DNA from: Candidatus Thorarchaeota archaeon
Lineage (GTDB): Archaea > Asgardarchaeota > Thorarchaeia > Thorarchaeales > Thorarchaeaceae
Direction of reading: 5' to 3'
Length of the DNA stretch: 10,174 nt
Assembly: GCA_029858305.1 (NCBI GenBank)
Contig: JAOUFI010000080.1
Location: forward strand, 1 to 10,174
Shown: positions 8,301 through 10,174 of the stretch, one piece after another
Numbering within the stretch: the first letter of the stretch is position 1
How the letters are laid out: the number at the start of each line of letters is the position of its first letter
The notes under the pieces: generated by a model
Seen by the model: only the letters and a program-made list of their open reading frames with translations
Database searches by the model: none
What the model was told of the DNA's origin: nothing
Program-made: the position numbers and the translations under genes

Positions 8301-8350
8301 GTTCCTATCAAAATCAGTGGGTGATTCGGTCGGTGGGCTAATTGCAAACA

Positions 8351-8357
8351 ACCTCCT
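8351..8357 (-). promoter_or_regulatory. Strong Shine-Dalgarno-like sequence AGGAGGT upstream of the ATPase gene
   Basis: The minus strand from 8360 reads GTTAGGAGGTTGTTTGCAATTAGC. Confidence 0.5.
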
Positions 8358-8436
8358 AACTGTGCTTGTGGGTATATTACTATAGATTTGAATGTACCGA
8401 AATTTATGCAGATTCACCAACACTAATATCTCATGG

Positions 8437-8449
8437 TAGACTGAGTCTA
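8437..8449. promoter_or_regulatory. 13-bp palindrome TAGACT-G-AGTCTA directly upstream of the PAS gene
   Basis: Perfect 6-1-6 inverted repeat ending 2 nt before the TTG at 8452. A TATA-like AATTTATG lies at 8401-8408. Confidence 0.35.
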
Positions 8450-8451
8450 TT

Positions 8452-8907
8452 TTGGCGATAGATGTGACACTGAAAATCGATGTCCTGAGGAATATTGTGG
8501 ATAATCTGAATATTGGAATTGTAATAGTTGACAGCGATAATATGATTACTCTATTCAATAAACTTGCAGGAGAGATGCTACAGCAGGAGCCAAGCAAAAG
8601 AATTGGATCCTCAATTTTACGATGCCACGGAGAGATTTCTGAAGGTCCTGTGCTGAAGATGATCTCAGATCTAAAGAATCGAGTGATGGATCATTACGAG
8701 GGATGGGTCAACTTTAGAGGGCGAATGCTCTTTGAATACATCTATCCAATCTGGGACTCGAAAGGAGAGTGCGTCGGTATCGTTGAAGAATTGCATGATG
8801 CTGCAGAAAAAGCGGGATATCTGAAGATGAAGGGAGAATGGAAAGAGATTCATGTTTCAGGACAGGGAGAAAAATCGCCGCGTAGTCCACACGAGCAGGT
8901 CATGTAA
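8452..8907 (+). CDS. Stand-alone PAS domain protein with Cys-His motif
   Basis: Classical PAS start ILRNIVDNLNIGIVIVDSDNMITLFNKLAGEML-type segment followed by IGSSILRCHG, and a PAC-like end YIYPIWDSKGECVGIVEELHD. A ~35-aa tail follows and there is no output domain. Start TTG 8452 or GTG 8464. Confidence 0.88.
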   Translation: MAIDVTLKIDVLRNIVDNLNIGIVIVDSDNMITLFNKLAGEMLQQEPSKRIGSSILRCHGEISEGPVLKMISDLKNRVMDHYEGWVNFRGRMLFEYIYPIWDSKGECVGIVEELHDAAEKAGYLKMKGEWKEIHVSGQGEKSPRSPHEQVM

Positions 8908-8990
8908 TTGTAGCTTAATCCAACATATCACTGAAACAGTTATGAAGGAGTTTTACCGGTTCCACAGAACCTCAGGATAGTGAACTAGGC

Positions 8991-10174
8991 GTGGACCAAG
9001 AACCAACCCCCTATTTTTCGAACGGAGTATCTGACGCTTCAAAAGTTATGGGATTATCACTCCTGACAGCACTGAGCCGGTTAAGCAATTCATTTCGGGA
9101 GATCGTTCTTTTTCTGTTTGTTGTTTTTCTTTTTAGTGGGACCGATGTCAATACTGATGCTTTCTATGGATTGATTGTTGCTGTTGCAGGCTATGTCCAA
9201 GCTCTCGCTCTGTTTCCAGCTGGAACACTGAGCGACAAACATGGACGAGGTATTGCAATTCTAATAGGAGGATTGGTGTCAGGGACAGGTCTCCTCCTGA
9301 TGCCATTCGCTTTTGATACGATGACGATTTTGTTGCTGTATGCGCTCACAGGTATTGGTACCGGCTTCACTATGACTTCAATAAAAACACTAGTTGCAGA
9401 TTATACGGATAGGGGTGAAGAACGAACACGGTCATTTGGAATTACAATGGCAGCTGGCACAATGGCTGCTGTTGTTGGACCTTTAATAGCAGGCTTCATT
9501 CTCGATCCAATAGCATTGCCAGGCATCAATCCGCAGATAGCAAGATACTCTATGGTATTCTTTATGTGGGGTGGTCTTCGTATTGCTACTGGAATTGTAG
9601 GTCTAGGTACAGAACGATGGCTTCGAAGAAATCTCCCCCAGAAAGCCCAGAGTGTCAGCAGCAAAAGCGAAGGACCTCAACTAGAAGAACCAGATTCAAG
9701 GAATGACGCCATCACTGCAACCCTTTTCGGCATGAGTCGACTCATCATGGGATTTAGCTCAGGAATGGTCGTCCCATACATCATACCATGGATAAACGAC
9801 ATGTTCAGTCCTAGTGAGGTCGTACTTGGGAGTCTCCCTGCCATCTCCAATATTACTCTAGCTTCTGGCGCTCTCTTTGTTGGGCTAGCTAGTGAGAGAG
9901 TGGGCAAGATCAAAATGATATCAACGCTCTATATTCTTGCACCTATACTGACAATAGGAATGGTCTATACACCATTTCTGCTCATGGCAGTTTTCTACAT
10001 TGCAAGGATGGGTGTGGCAAATATGGCTGAACCTGCGTTTGATTCACTCTTCATGGGAGAAGTAAGTCAATCTAGAAGGGGGAGGTCTCTTGCTCTCACA
10101 AGAGTGATGTGGACATTCCCTCGGCAGACAGGCACACTAGTAACATCATTCCTACTCGGCCTTGGTTTTTTGGG
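8991..10174 (+). CDS. Major facilitator superfamily transporter; 3'-truncated by the window edge
   Basis: My own translation from GTG 8991 (MDQEPTPYFSNGVSDASKVMGLSLL...) is open to the window end. It shows MFS motif A GTLSDKHGR, LVADYTDRGEERTRSFG, a motif-C-like AAVVGPLIAG, a hydrophilic central loop, the repeated motif GLASERVGK and many hydrophobic helices. Alternative start ATG 9048. Confidence 0.92.
   Translation, partial: MDQEPTPYFSNGVSDASKVMGLSLLTALSRLSNSFREIVLFLFVVFLFSGTDVNTDAFYGLIVAVAGYVQALALFPAGTLSDKHGRGIAILIGGLVSGTGLLLMPFAFDTMTILLLYALTGIGTGFTMTSIKTLVADYTDRGEERTRSFGITMAAGTMAAVVGPLIAGFILDPIALPGINPQIARYSMVFFMWGGLRIATGIVGLGTERWLRRNLPQKAQSVSSKSEGPQLEEPDSRNDAITATLFGMSRLIMGFSSGMVVPYIIPWINDMFSPSEVVLGSLPAISNITLASGALFVGLASERVGKIKMISTLYILAPILTIGMVYTPFLLMAVFYIARMGVANMAEPAFDSLFMGEVSQSRRGRSLALTRVMWTFPRQTGTLVTSFLLGLGFL

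Noticed and set aside
7015-8385. Several 60-95 aa plus-strand ORFs
   Set aside because: Antisense to the ATPase gene, with no independent support.
8361-8597. N-terminal extension of the 621-aa minus-strand ORF
   Set aside because: It overlaps the well-supported PAS gene on the opposite strand and the divergent promoter region, reads like antisense sequence, and lies upstream of the SD at 8357.
8942-8980. 12-codon ORF MKEFYRFHRTSG upstream of the MFS gene as a possible leader peptide
   Set aside because: No amino-acid run or attenuator hairpin is visible, and ORFs of this size are expected by chance.
9401-9913. Minus-strand ORFs 9401-9664 and 9677-9913
   Set aside because: Antisense to the MFS transporter frame.
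1-10174. CRISPR arrays, tRNA/rRNA genes, IS elements, tandem repeats or a BREX locus
   Set aside because: Intergenic gaps are all under about 150 nt, and I saw no repeat-spacer periodicity, cloverleaf, transposase, or pglX/pglZ-like gene.

Overview
Gene-dense window of roughly 40-43% GC (estimated by eye) with nine protein-coding genes. I saw no RNA genes, CRISPR arrays or mobile elements. An archaeal/ER-type Ser-His signal peptidase, TATA-like promoter elements and frequent GTG/TTG starts point to an archaeon; an Asgard (Thorarchaeia-like) origin is my impression only. In order: (+) 3' part of a Na+/Pi cotransporter with tandem PhoU domains; a minus-strand cluster of MBL-fold/rhodanese fusion, gamma-glutamyltransferase-like Ntn hydrolase and aspartate ammonia-lyase; (+) a 159-aa hypothetical protein and signal peptidase I; (-) an uncharacterised AAA+-type ATPase with an extra C-terminal domain, whose true start is about 8300-8342 rather than 8597; (+) a stand-alone PAS protein with a Cys-His motif; (+) an MFS transporter that runs off the window and is missing from the ORF track. 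The best leads are the orphan ATPase with its divergent PAS gene, the MBL-rhodanese with an altered metal motif coupled to a cytoplasmic GGT-like enzyme, and TAGAC/GTCTA inverted repeats in both divergent promoter regions. All are hypotheses; I cannot demonstrate a new system from sequence alone.
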